In this document: one piece after another, positions 49,075 through 57,957 of the stretch
How positions within the stretch are numbered: position 1 is the stretch's first letter
Layout: every line of letters begins with the position of its first letter
Assembly (NCBI GenBank): GCA_963614215.1
Contig: CAVECB010000004.1
Coordinates: 26,222 to 90,221 of the forward strand
Source: Ruthenibacterium lactatiformans
GTDB taxonomy: Bacteria; Actinomycetota; Coriobacteriia; Coriobacteriales; QAMH01
Length of the DNA stretch: 64,000 nt
Reading direction: 5' to 3'
Program-made: the position numbers and the translations under genes
Notes under the pieces: generated by a model
Told to the model about the DNA's origin: nothing
The model's database searches: none
What the model saw: only the letters and a program-made list of their open reading frames with translations

Positions 49075-49677
49075 TTAAAGCTTCGTCGCGTCCGGGTTTG
49101 CCTGTATCTCGTCGTAGGAGATGGTCTGCTCGAGAAAGTAGCGTCTGAGTTTCTTGTACCAGGGCGCGTCCTTGTTCGGCTCGCCCTCCGAGACGCCCTT
49201 GTATTCTTCTTTGATGAGGATGGCCAGCACGGCGCACACGGCCATGCGCAGCTTCTCGATGTCGCGCACCTTCACCTCGAAGCAGTCCTGCCCGTTGAAC
49301 TCGACGCGGCGCACGCGCACGTCCTTTTTGCCACTGTCCTCGTTTTCAAAGGAAAATGGCGGCTCGGACGGGGTGCCGTGAATCTGCCACAGCATGCCTT
49401 CCAGGAAATAGTGCTTGAAGATGGTGAAGGTGTGCAGCGTGTAGGTCCAGCGCTCGACGCGCACGGCGTAGGTCAGGCACTTGTGGTCGGGCTTGATGCA
49501 GGCCATCTCGGCGTCGAGGCGCGAGTACACGGCCACGCGATCTTTCTCTGTCGACCAGGGCTTTTCTTTGTTCAGACTCTTGACCGTCATGAAGCGGTCG
49601 CCGTCCTCGTACCAGCCGTCGAAATCGGCGTGGCGCGCGATGCAGTCGGCGGGGAAGTAGACCTTGTTGAAAATCAC
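49075..49677 (-). CDS. Hypothetical beta-rich protein (weak resemblance to the tubby C-terminal-like / LURP-one / YxjI fold)
   Basis: Coding-looking from VIFNKVYFPADCIARHADFDGWYEDGDRF to ...CFEVKVRDIEKLRMAVCAVLAILIKEE. GTG 49677 is preceded by AAGGA and by TATACT (minus strand, about 49713-49718). Alternative ATG at 49800. The family call is tentative. Confidence 0.45.
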   Translation of the reverse strand: MIFNKVYFPADCIARHADFDGWYEDGDRFMTVKSLNKEKPWSTEKDRVAVYSRLDAEMACIKPDHKCLTYAVRVERWTYTLHTFTIFKHYFLEGMLWQIHGTPSEPPFSFENEDSGKKDVRVRRVEFNGQDCFEVKVRDIEKLRMAVCAVLAILIKEEYKGVSEGEPNKDAPWYKKLRRYFLEQTISYDEIQANPDATKL

Positions 49678-49827
49678 GGGGATGTCCTTGCTGTTCGGGC
49701 GGCACTGTCGGGTGAAGTATAGCGCGGCTTTTGCGTGTTGTGCGCTCCATGTGCGCTTTCCGATGTGCGCGCGCGGGGTATCATGGGGCGGTTGAGGCAT
49801 CCGGCACACGACGAGGAGGACGAAGGC

Positions 49828-50787
49828 ATGGCCGAGGACAGGAGAGCCGCCCGCGCGGCCGAGGCGAAGCGCCATATCGCGACGATGAACGTCGTGTTTT
49901 CCGAGCAGACAAAGGCATCGGCTGCGGCGGCGCTTGTGTACAAGGAAGGTGCCGGCCGTATGCTCGACATCCCCGAAGCCCGCTTTGAGGCCACGCGCGC
50001 GCAGACCTTGCGCATTGATGCGGTCGAGGCGGTGATGGGTATCGCTGGCGAAAAACCGGCCGTGCTCGATTTCGCCAGCTTCACCAACCCAGGCGGCGGC
50101 TACGACCGCGGCGCCTGGGCCCAAGAGGAGGCCTTGTGCGCGGGCAGCAACCTCTTTTCCGTGCTGGAGGCCTGCACGCCTTTCTACGAGGGCAACCGCT
50201 CGATGTGGCGCGGCGGGCTGTTCACCGACAAGTGCATGTACGTGCCGGACGTGATGTTTGGCGAGGGCAACGCGATACGTCCCGCTGGTGTCGTCGTGTG
50301 CGCGGCACCCAACCGCAAGCGCGCGCTCGAAAACGGGCGCGACGAGGTGGAAATCGACCACGACCTTGCGCGGCGCGTCGAATGCGTGATGCGCGTCGCG
50401 GCCGTCCAGGGCGTGGACGGCCTCGTGCTGGGCGCTTTTGGCTGCGGCGTGTTCGGCAACGACCCGAAGCGTGTCGCGGGGCTGTTCAAGGAATGGCTCG
50501 ACGCGCATCCGGGCGTTTTCGAAAACGTCGTCTTCGCGGTGCCGGGAGGGCCTAACGCGGCGGTGTTCGAGGAGACGTTTCCCCGCGTTACCCCCGCCGA
50601 GCCCCAAGAAAAGAAAGCTCAGACGGCTGTCGGCGACGACGAGGAAGACGGTGCCGAGGATTGGCGTGCGTATGCGGACGCGGGCGCGTCGTCTGGCGCG
50701 GATAGCGGGGATGGGGGCGACTCGGGCGACGAGCCGGACGTGCCCAAAGAGGAGTGGCGCCGCAAGCTCGCCTCCCTCATGAAATAG
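49828..50787 (+). CDS. Macro-domain protein of the TIGR02452 / microbial PARG-like family with an acidic C-terminal tail
   Basis: VLDFASFTNPGGGYDRGAWAQEEALCAGSNLF and LVLGAFGCGVFGNDP are the family's diphosphate-binding signatures. RBS GAGGAGGA before ATG 49828. Confidence 0.75.
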   Translation: MAEDRRAARAAEAKRHIATMNVVFSEQTKASAAAALVYKEGAGRMLDIPEARFEATRAQTLRIDAVEAVMGIAGEKPAVLDFASFTNPGGGYDRGAWAQEEALCAGSNLFSVLEACTPFYEGNRSMWRGGLFTDKCMYVPDVMFGEGNAIRPAGVVVCAAPNRKRALENGRDEVEIDHDLARRVECVMRVAAVQGVDGLVLGAFGCGVFGNDPKRVAGLFKEWLDAHPGVFENVVFAVPGGPNAAVFEETFPRVTPAEPQEKKAQTAVGDDEEDGAEDWRAYADAGASSGADSGDGGDSGDEPDVPKEEWRRKLASLMK

Positions 50788-50819
50788 CCGCCCGCATCGA
50801 AGGGAAGGAACCGGGTCGT

Positions 50820-51521
50820 ATGCCGTTTGTCGAGTTTCAGGGCGTCTCCAAGACCTACAAGATGGGCGAGGTTGAGGTGCATGCCGTCGAGGACATGAGC
50901 TTTTGTGTCGAGCAAGGCGAGCTGGCTGTGATCGTAGGCCCTTCCGGCTCGGGCAAGACGACCTTGCTGAACATGCTTGGCGGCATGGACACGGTCTCTG
51001 GCGGGCGCATATTCTTGGCCGGCGCCGAAATCAGCGCCTACACGCAAAAGCAGCTCGTCGCCTATCGCCGCCACGACATCGGCTTTGTCTTCCAGTTCTA
51101 CAACCTCGTCCAAAACCTCACGGCGCTCGAAAACGTCGAGCTGGCGGCCCAAATTTGCACCGACCCCCTGCCGGCCGCCGAGGTGCTGGCTCAAGTCGGC
51201 CTGTCCGCGCGCGTGGACAACTTTCCCGCCCAGCTTTCCGGCGGCGAGCAGCAGCGCGTGGCCATCGCCCGTGCGCTCGCGAAAAACCCCAAGCTCTTGC
51301 TGTGCGACGAACCAACAGGCGCGCTTGACTACGAGACGGGCAAGGCGGTGCTGGCTCTGCTGCAAAAGACCAGCTCCGAGCATGGGCGCACCGTCGTTTT
51401 GATCACCCACAACCAGGCCTTCACCCGCATCGCGGACCGCGTGGTACACGTGCACAGCGGGCATGTGATAGGCGTCGAGCGCAACGCACACCCCGACTCG
51501 GCGCTTTCGCTGGAGTGGTAG
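50820..51521 (+). CDS. ABC transporter ATP-binding protein (MacB/LolD/FtsE-like)
   Basis: Walker [10 protein letters not shown], signature LSGGEQQR, Walker B LLLCDEPT. Confidence 0.9.
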   Translation: MPFVEFQGVSKTYKMGEVEVHAVEDMSFCVEQGELAVIVGPSGSGKTTLLNMLGGMDTVSGGRIFLAGAEISAYTQKQLVAYRRHDIGFVFQFYNLVQNLTALENVELAAQICTDPLPAAEVLAQVGLSARVDNFPAQLSGGEQQRVAIARALAKNPKLLLCDEPTGALDYETGKAVLALLQKTSSEHGRTVVLITHNQAFTRIADRVVHVHSGHVIGVERNAHPDSALSLEW

Positions 51522-51530
51522 GGGGCATCT

Positions 51531-54500
51531 GTGGCCTCGGCATTCGGCAAAGAGGTGCGTCGCCAGATCGCCTCCTCGCTCGGGCGTTTTTTGGCCATCG
51601 CCATCATGGCGGCGCTGGGCTGCGGATTTTACGCGGGGCTGCGCATGACGCCCATCGACATGGCGCTCTCGGCGGACAGCTACCTCGACGAGACAAACTT
51701 CAGCGACCTGCGCGTGGCCTCCAGCCTAGGCCTCGACGAGGATAGCCTCGAGCTTTTGCGCGACGTCGAGGGCGTCTCGGGTGTGCAGGGACAGCGTCGC
51801 GCGGACGCTTTTGCGCAGGTGGACGGGTCGCGCTACGTGGTGCGTGTCCACGAGCTGGACATGGACGCGGCGCGCGCGTCGGATTGCTCGAGCGGTGTGG
51901 CGGCCACATCCGGCGATGCGAACTACATCGACCGCCCCGTGCTGGTGGAAGGGACGTGGCCTGCGGCAGACGACGAATGCGTGCTCGGGGCAGACGCCGT
52001 GCTCGATAAGCCTGCGGCAGTGGGCTTAACCGTCGAGATCGTCCAGATGAAAGACGACGTGGCCGACACTTTTGCCGTGCAGAAGTTCAAGGTGGTCGGC
52101 CTGGTGCGCTCCAGCGCCTACCTCTCAACAAGCGATCTGGGCTCAAGTGATCTGGGCGATGGCAACATCGACGACTACCTCTACGTGGGCCGCGGCGCGT
52201 TTGCCGACGACATACCCTATGCCAGCGCTCTTGTCACGGTGGCAGGTGCAAAGGAGCTTTCCTATCCATCAGATGCATACGACGCGCGCGTGGGCGAGGT
52301 GGCAAGCCGCATCGAGGCCTTGAAGGGGCGCCTGGCCGATGTGCGCCTGTCGTCTGTGAAGGCAGATGCCCAGTCGCAGCTCGACGAGAAGAAGGCCGAT
52401 TTCGAGCGCGAGCGCGACGAGGCCAACAAGAAGCTCGACGAGGCCAAAGCCCAGCTGGACTCTTCGAAAGCCGAGCTGGACGCTTCGGAAGAAAAGCTCG
52501 TGCAGGGCAAGGAGACGCTCGACGCGACGCGCGCGGAGCTGCTGTCGAACCAAGAGCAGCTCGCGGCCAAGGCGGCCGAGCTCGACGCCGCCCGCGCGCA
52601 GCTGGCCGCGCAGCGCGCCCAGGCAAAAGAAGAGCTCGACGCCGCCCAGGCGCAGGCGGGCATGCTATCCGGTTCGGCGCGCACGGCTGCCCTAGCGCAG
52701 CTTGTCGAGCGCCGCACCCAGGCGCAAACCCAGCTTGCCGCCGCCCAAGCCGAGCTCGACGCCGCCTCCGCCCAAATAGAGCAAGCCGCAGCACAGCTCT
52801 CCGCGGGCTTTGCCGCCTACGCCGACGGCGTCGCCACATCGGATGCGGGCGTTGCGTCGTGGGAGGAGGGCTATGCGAAGTGGCTGTCCGGCCTTTCGGA
52901 CTACGAATCCTCGCGCAGCGAGGCCGATGCCAAGTTCGCCGACGCCGAGCGCGAGATAACCTCCGCGCAAGCCGACATCGACGCCGTGGAGACTCCGGAC
53001 CTCTACGTGCTCGACCGCTCGAAAAACGAGGGCACGGCCAGCTTCAAGGCCGATTCGGAGCGCATGGACAAGATAGCGCAGGTGTTTCCCCTTATCTTTT
53101 TCCTCGTGGCTGCGCTCGTCTCCCTCACCACGATGACGCGCATGGTCGACGAAGAACGCCTCGTCATCGGCACGCACAAGGCTCTCGGCTACACGGGCGC
53201 GCGCATCGCCTCGAAATACCTCATCTACGCGTTCGTGGCCTCGCTGGCCGGCTGCATCGTCGGCATGGCGGCGCTCACCCAGTTCCTGCCCCGCTTCATC
53301 ATCGACGCCTACTCGATTGTCTACGCCCTGCCCGTGTGCCTCTCGCCCATCGACATACCGCTTGCTGCCCTTGCGGCAGGCCTGGCCATCGGCATCACGC
53401 TGCTTGCCACCCTAGGCGCCGTCGCGGCCTCCCTGCGCGAGACGCCCGCCGCGCTCCTTTTGCCGCGCGCACCCAAGCCGGGCAAGCGCATCTTGCTCGA
53501 GCGCGTGCGCCCCCTGTGGCGGCGCTTCTCGTTTTCGGCGAAGGTCACCGCACGCAACCTCTTCCGCTACAAGCAGCGCTTCTTCATGGCCGTCGTCGGC
53601 ATCGCGGGCTGCACGGCGCTGCTGCTCACGGGGCTGGGCCTGCATGACGGGATAAACGATATCATCGACAAGCAGTTCGGCGAGTTGAACGCCTACAACC
53701 TGACCGTCCAGCTTGACGAGGGCGCCGGCGAGGAAAGCCACGAGGCGCTGGACCAGGCGCTTTCCGACAGCAGCCTCGTTCAGCGTTTCACGCAGGCGGG
53801 TCAAGAGCGCGTGCTCGTGGAATGCGACGGCGCCGCAGACGAGCAGACGACCTTCGTGGTGCCGGCCGACCCGTTGGGCTTTTCCGATTATGTGCGCCTG
53901 CGCGAACGCGTGGGCGGCGAGGCACTTTCGCTGTTTGCCGACGGCGCGATTCTGAGCGAAAAACTCGCCTCGCAGGCGGGGGTGCAGGTGGGCGACACCT
54001 TGCGCTTCTTTGCCCAAGACGACGCCGGCGAGCGCACGGGGCAGGTGCGCGAGCTGAGGGTTTGCGGCATCTGCGAGTACTACACCGGCAACTATGCGTT
54101 CATGACCTCGGCAGTCTATAAGGAGGCCATGGGAGCCGCGCCCGAGATGAACTCCGTGTTCGCGTCTGCGCCAGGCGACCAGGTCGCGCGCACGGCTTTG
54201 GCCGACGAGCTGCTGGCAATTGATGGGGTGAGTGTGGCAAGCTACACCGACGAGGCCATCGGCACCTACCGCACCATGCTCTCCACCGTCGAGACCGTCG
54301 TCTACGTGCTGGTTGCGGCCGCCGCGCTACTCGCCTTCGTCGTGCTCTACAACCTCACCAACATCAACATCACCGAACGCGTGCGTGAGATTGCGACGCT
54401 AAAGGTACTGGGATTTACCTCGCGCGAGGTGAACATGTACGTGTTTCGCGAGACGCTGATACTCACCGTCGTGGGCGCGCTTTTCGGCTGCCTGCTCGGC

Positions 54501-54689
54501 ATATGGATGGAAAGCTTCGTCATCCAGACGGCAGAGGTCAGCCAGGTGATGTTCGGACGCGAGATTCACCTGCCGAGCTTTGCCATCGCACTCGCGCTGA
54601 CCATCGGATTTTCGCTGGTCGTCACGTTGTTCATGCGACGCAAGCTCGCGCGCATCGACATGGTGGAAAGCCTGAAATCCGTCGAGTAG
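51531..54689 (+). CDS. FtsX-family ABC permease (two FtsX modules) with a very long extracytoplasmic coiled-coil insert
   Basis: N-terminus MASAFGKEVRRQIASSLGRFLAIAIMAALG. About 230 aa of Q/A/E/L/D heptad-like sequence (roughly nt 52310-53000). Two four-helix FtsX blocks. GTG start after GGTAGGGGG. Confidence 0.85.
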   Translation: MASAFGKEVRRQIASSLGRFLAIAIMAALGCGFYAGLRMTPIDMALSADSYLDETNFSDLRVASSLGLDEDSLELLRDVEGVSGVQGQRRADAFAQVDGSRYVVRVHELDMDAARASDCSSGVAATSGDANYIDRPVLVEGTWPAADDECVLGADAVLDKPAAVGLTVEIVQMKDDVADTFAVQKFKVVGLVRSSAYLSTSDLGSSDLGDGNIDDYLYVGRGAFADDIPYASALVTVAGAKELSYPSDAYDARVGEVASRIEALKGRLADVRLSSVKADAQSQLDEKKADFERERDEANKKLDEAKAQLDSSKAELDASEEKLVQGKETLDATRAELLSNQEQLAAKAAELDAARAQLAAQRAQAKEELDAAQAQAGMLSGSARTAALAQLVERRTQAQTQLAAAQAELDAASAQIEQAAAQLSAGFAAYADGVATSDAGVASWEEGYAKWLSGLSDYESSRSEADAKFADAEREITSAQADIDAVETPDLYVLDRSKNEGTASFKADSERMDKIAQVFPLIFFLVAALVSLTTMTRMVDEERLVIGTHKALGYTGARIASKYLIYAFVASLAGCIVGMAALTQFLPRFIIDAYSIVYALPVCLSPIDIPLAALAAGLAIGITLLATLGAVAASLRETPAALLLPRAPKPGKRILLERVRPLWRRFSFSAKVTARNLFRYKQRFFMAVVGIAGCTALLLTGLGLHDGINDIIDKQFGELNAYNLTVQLDEGAGEESHEALDQALSDSSLVQRFTQAGQERVLVECDGAADEQTTFVVPADPLGFSDYVRLRERVGGEALSLFADGAILSEKLASQAGVQVGDTLRFFAQDDAGERTGQVRELRVCGICEYYTGNYAFMTSAVYKEAMGAAPEMNSVFASAPGDQVARTALADELLAIDGVSVASYTDEAIGTYRTMLSTVETVVYVLVAAAALLAFVVLYNLTNINITERVREIATLKVLGFTSREVNMYVFRETLILTVVGALFGCLLGIWMESFVIQTAEVSQVMFGREIHLPSFAIALALTIGFSLVVTLFMRRKLARIDMVESLKSVE

Positions 54690-54780
54690 GAAAACGCCTT
54701 GGCCCGGCTCGGCGCTCCGCGAGGACGTTTCTTTTCGTCATGCGCATGCACGGTGAAGGTGAAAGCTGCGAGTGCAAGTC

Positions 54781-54802
54781 AACTTAGCCTGCAGGCTAAG
54801 TT
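54781..54802. repeat. Perfect 22-bp palindrome AACTTAGCCTGCAGGCTAAGTT
   Basis: Read directly; followed by gcgATTTTcg. Lies about 90 nt after the permease stop and about 220 nt before the AAA+ gene. Confidence 0.9.
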
Positions 54803-55020
54803 GCGATTTTCGTGTCCGCGGGTGTCGCTAGGATATGCCTTCTAAAGACCTCGGGGATTTTACCTGTCCAGGCCATGCCCAAACGCACGCAACCGACAGC
54901 CTTTTACCCGATCTGAAAAACCCGAGGTCAGCGGCATACCTCCCAAAAACCCTTCTTAGTTATATGGAGGTTTTGGCATCCAGCCGCCCCGTTTCACCCG
55001 CAGCGTCGAGAGGAGACTTT

Positions 55021-57864
55021 ATGCGCTATTTCCAAGTCTTGTGTCAGGCGAAAGAAGGATATTTTTCGAGTAGAGCGGTGGTCGAGCAGACAAATATCTT
55101 GTGCAAGGAATTCGATGAAAAAGCTGCCGTGTACATGGAACCGGCAGAAGACATGAAAAACGATTTCGTCTACATCAACGTCATTTCCCACAACAACTAC
55201 ATCACCTGCAAGAAGGTGGAGAAAACCGCCGAGGAGGCCATTGCGCTTTGGGATATCGCAGACAACGTCAAAATCCTCAAAGTTTGCGAGAAGCCTTTCG
55301 TTGATATCGATTTCTTCCAGCCCTATCACGGCATGCGCAAGATAATGCGCGTGATTCCTTGCCGCGAGCTGATGGCGCTCTTTTCCGGCCGCGGGAGAGA
55401 TGTGGCAGAGATCGAGGCGCGTCCACAAAAGAAGGCGGATTGTAAAAAACTCGTTGAGGGCACTCCCTGGGAAGGTGCTCTAGGGGCCGAGTTGGAGAGG
55501 ATTTTCGACACGGGCTGCACGCATCGGAAAAAAGTGAAGGGCGAAAAACCTGTGCAGTTCGTCTCCTACATACTCGATTCCGCGGAAAACCACTTCGTGG
55601 ACTCCGCTATCGAGTCGCTCGTGTGCGCGAAACTGGAAAGCGGCACGCTCCTCTCTTCCCGTGTCTTCGAAATCGATTTCGACCGCTTCGATTTGGATTG
55701 CAGGGTAAGCCACAGCGATTTGCCGCTCAACGAGCTGTTTTCGGACCCTCTCGGATACGCGCTCAGCGGAAACACCGTCGTTTTGAAATACGGCGGCGGA
55801 GAATCGTATGGAAGCTACAACCTAAATGCCTTCAAGTGCTTCTCAAAGATGCTTGAGGTGCTCAAACCCTATGTTTTGGACACGCTCGTCATCCTCGCAA
55901 TCAAAGGCAAGAATCCCGCTCTCGTCGGACGAGTGAAAAACATGCTCGACATGCCCGCCGTCTACATCGAGTCTTGTTTGGGGGACGGACGCTGCCTCAC
56001 CAAGAAGGAAGCTGTCGAGAATTTCCGTCGGCGCGCGAAAAAAGACGGCGTTGTCCTCGACGCGAGGCTCGAGGAGATGTTTGACGAGGCAAAGGAAGCG
56101 CAAAGCCTGGTTTCAAGCGATGCAATCTACGAGACATGGAGGGCCGGCGTTGTGGGAAAAGGCGCCTACGAGCCGGAGCTAAGGGATTTTGGCGAGCGCA
56201 AGGCCAGCCGCAAAAACGGGCAGAGCGCGATGCAAAAACTCGACGAGCTGATAGGACTCGCATCCGTGAAAGAGCAGATAAAACAAGTCATCTCGTGCGA
56301 GACTATGGCAAAGGTCGAGCGTTCTTTGGGAATTGAACCCAAAAGCAGGACCTTGCACCTTGCCTTCAAAGGAGCCCCCGGCACCGGTAAGACGGAAGTG
56401 GCGAAGCTCTACGCCGAGATCTTGAAAGAAGCGGGCATCCTGGCAACGGGCGCGCTCGTCATCAAAAACGGAGCCGATTGGGATGTCGATAAGGGCTTCG
56501 AGGAAGCGAAAGGCGGCGTGTTGTTCATCGACGAGGCGTATGCGCTCATGCATTGCTCTTCGGATATAACGCGTCTGATTGCCAACATGGAAAATCACCG
56601 CGACGATGTCGTCGTGATTTTGGCCGGCTACAAAGAACACATCGACGCGCTCATCTCCACGAACCCGGGATTCAAGTCGAGGATTGGATTCGAGATAGAT
56701 TTCCCCGACTACAGCACAGACGAGCTTGTAGACATCTTCGAGCTGATGTGCAGAAAAGGCGGGATGTTGCTGGAGGCAGACGCGCGCGAGGAGATGAGAA
56801 ACATCATCAACCGGGCGGGCAGGCGAAGCGACCAGGGCAACGCAAGGTTCGTCCGTAAGCTCTTCGAGGACGCGTGCTTGAACAAGGATTGCAGGCTTTT
56901 CGAGCTTAAGAGCAAAGATGAGGGGCATGCCTTCAAGAAAAAGGAGGTCACGACCCTCACGAAAGGCGACATCTTGAAAACGCGCCCCTCGGCAGATGCG
57001 GAAGAAGATGCGATGGAGCAGCTCGAGAAGATGATAGGGCTTGACGAGGTGAAAACGGAGGTGAAGTGCATTGTCGCGTTCAACAAGATGCAAAAACTCA
57101 GGCGAAGCCGCGGGCTTAACTCCTCGTTCATGCCGATGCACATGGCCTTCACGGGAAATCCTGGGACGGGCAAAACGCAGGTCGCGCGGCTGATTGGCAA
57201 AATTCTGCACCAAGAGGGCCTGCTGAGCGTGGGGGACTTCAGGGAGTGCAGCAAGTCCGATTTGGTGTATCCCGCAAGTGGGTGGTCGACGGCGATGGTA
57301 AACAACCTTTTCGAGAGCTCGATCGGGGGCGTCATCTTCATCGACGAGGCGTACTCGCTCGTCTCTTCGCCCGGCGGATGCGAAAGCGAGGCTGTCGCCG
57401 CGCTGATTGCGAACATGGAAAACCATCGCGAGGAAGTGGTCGTCATCTTCGCGGGATACGAATGCGAGATGGACGAATTGTTCCGGAGCAACGCGGGTTT
57501 TGCGTCGAGGGTCAAGACAAGGCTTCGCTTCAGGGACTACACGCCGCGGGAGCTGGTCGAGATCTTCAAGCTGATGTCTGCGGAAAAGGACCTGGTTTTA
57601 GGCGAAGGCGTCGAGGCAGGACTCGAGGAGCTGTTTGAAAAGGCTGCCGGGAAGGAGGAGTTTGGCAACGCGCGTTTTGCCCGCAACGTGCTAGACGAGA
57701 CCCTGCTCGCGCAGTCGCTGAGAATCGCCGCGTTGCCTGACGGCGGGGAGGGTCTGGATAAAGATCAGCTCCAGACCATTTTGAAGCAAGACCTTTCCGC
57801 CCCTGAAGACGTGCTCGGATCCGACCGCACGCGCTCGGTGGGCTTCACCTCGCGGCTTGTTTAA
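55021..57864 (+). CDS. Tandem AAA+ ATPase (SpoVK/CbbX-type, two Walker modules) with a roughly 400-aa unknown N-terminal region
   Basis: GAPGTGKTEVAKLYA...GGVLFIDEAYAL and GNPGTGKTQVARLIG...GGVIFIDEAYSL, each followed by NMENHR(D/E)(D/E)VVVI(L/F)AGY. RBS GAGAGGAGA 4 nt before ATG 55021. The first 118 nt are about 45% G+C (53/118 by my count). Confidence 0.85.
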   Translation: MRYFQVLCQAKEGYFSSRAVVEQTNILCKEFDEKAAVYMEPAEDMKNDFVYINVISHNNYITCKKVEKTAEEAIALWDIADNVKILKVCEKPFVDIDFFQPYHGMRKIMRVIPCRELMALFSGRGRDVAEIEARPQKKADCKKLVEGTPWEGALGAELERIFDTGCTHRKKVKGEKPVQFVSYILDSAENHFVDSAIESLVCAKLESGTLLSSRVFEIDFDRFDLDCRVSHSDLPLNELFSDPLGYALSGNTVVLKYGGGESYGSYNLNAFKCFSKMLEVLKPYVLDTLVILAIKGKNPALVGRVKNMLDMPAVYIESCLGDGRCLTKKEAVENFRRRAKKDGVVLDARLEEMFDEAKEAQSLVSSDAIYETWRAGVVGKGAYEPELRDFGERKASRKNGQSAMQKLDELIGLASVKEQIKQVISCETMAKVERSLGIEPKSRTLHLAFKGAPGTGKTEVAKLYAEILKEAGILATGALVIKNGADWDVDKGFEEAKGGVLFIDEAYALMHCSSDITRLIANMENHRDDVVVILAGYKEHIDALISTNPGFKSRIGFEIDFPDYSTDELVDIFELMCRKGGMLLEADAREEMRNIINRAGRRSDQGNARFVRKLFEDACLNKDCRLFELKSKDEGHAFKKKEVTTLTKGDILKTRPSADAEEDAMEQLEKMIGLDEVKTEVKCIVAFNKMQKLRRSRGLNSSFMPMHMAFTGNPGTGKTQVARLIGKILHQEGLLSVGDFRECSKSDLVYPASGWSTAMVNNLFESSIGGVIFIDEAYSLVSSPGGCESEAVAALIANMENHREEVVVIFAGYECEMDELFRSNAGFASRVKTRLRFRDYTPRELVEIFKLMSAEKDLVLGEGVEAGLEELFEKAAGKEEFGNARFARNVLDETLLAQSLRIAALPDGGEGLDKDQLQTILKQDLSAPEDVLGSDRTRSVGFTSRLV

Positions 57865-57957
57865 GCTGTCTGCCTTGGCGAAAAGCTCGTCGAAGGCGTG
57901 TGGTTTGGTGTTGAAAATGCTTGCGTGAATGCGGCTTCCGTGGCACCCTGTTGCCTT

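Noticed and set aside
52234-52839. Multiple minus-strand and alternative-frame ORFs (201 aa, 151 aa, 94 aa, 109 aa) in the permease coiled-coil region
   Set aside because: The low-complexity GC-rich repeat-like DNA that encodes the coiled coil keeps several frames open. The products are Arg/Ala/Ser/Pro runs.
56179-57426. 415-aa minus-strand ORF inside the AAA+ gene
   Set aside because: The plus strand carries both Walker A/B modules. The antisense product has no motif.
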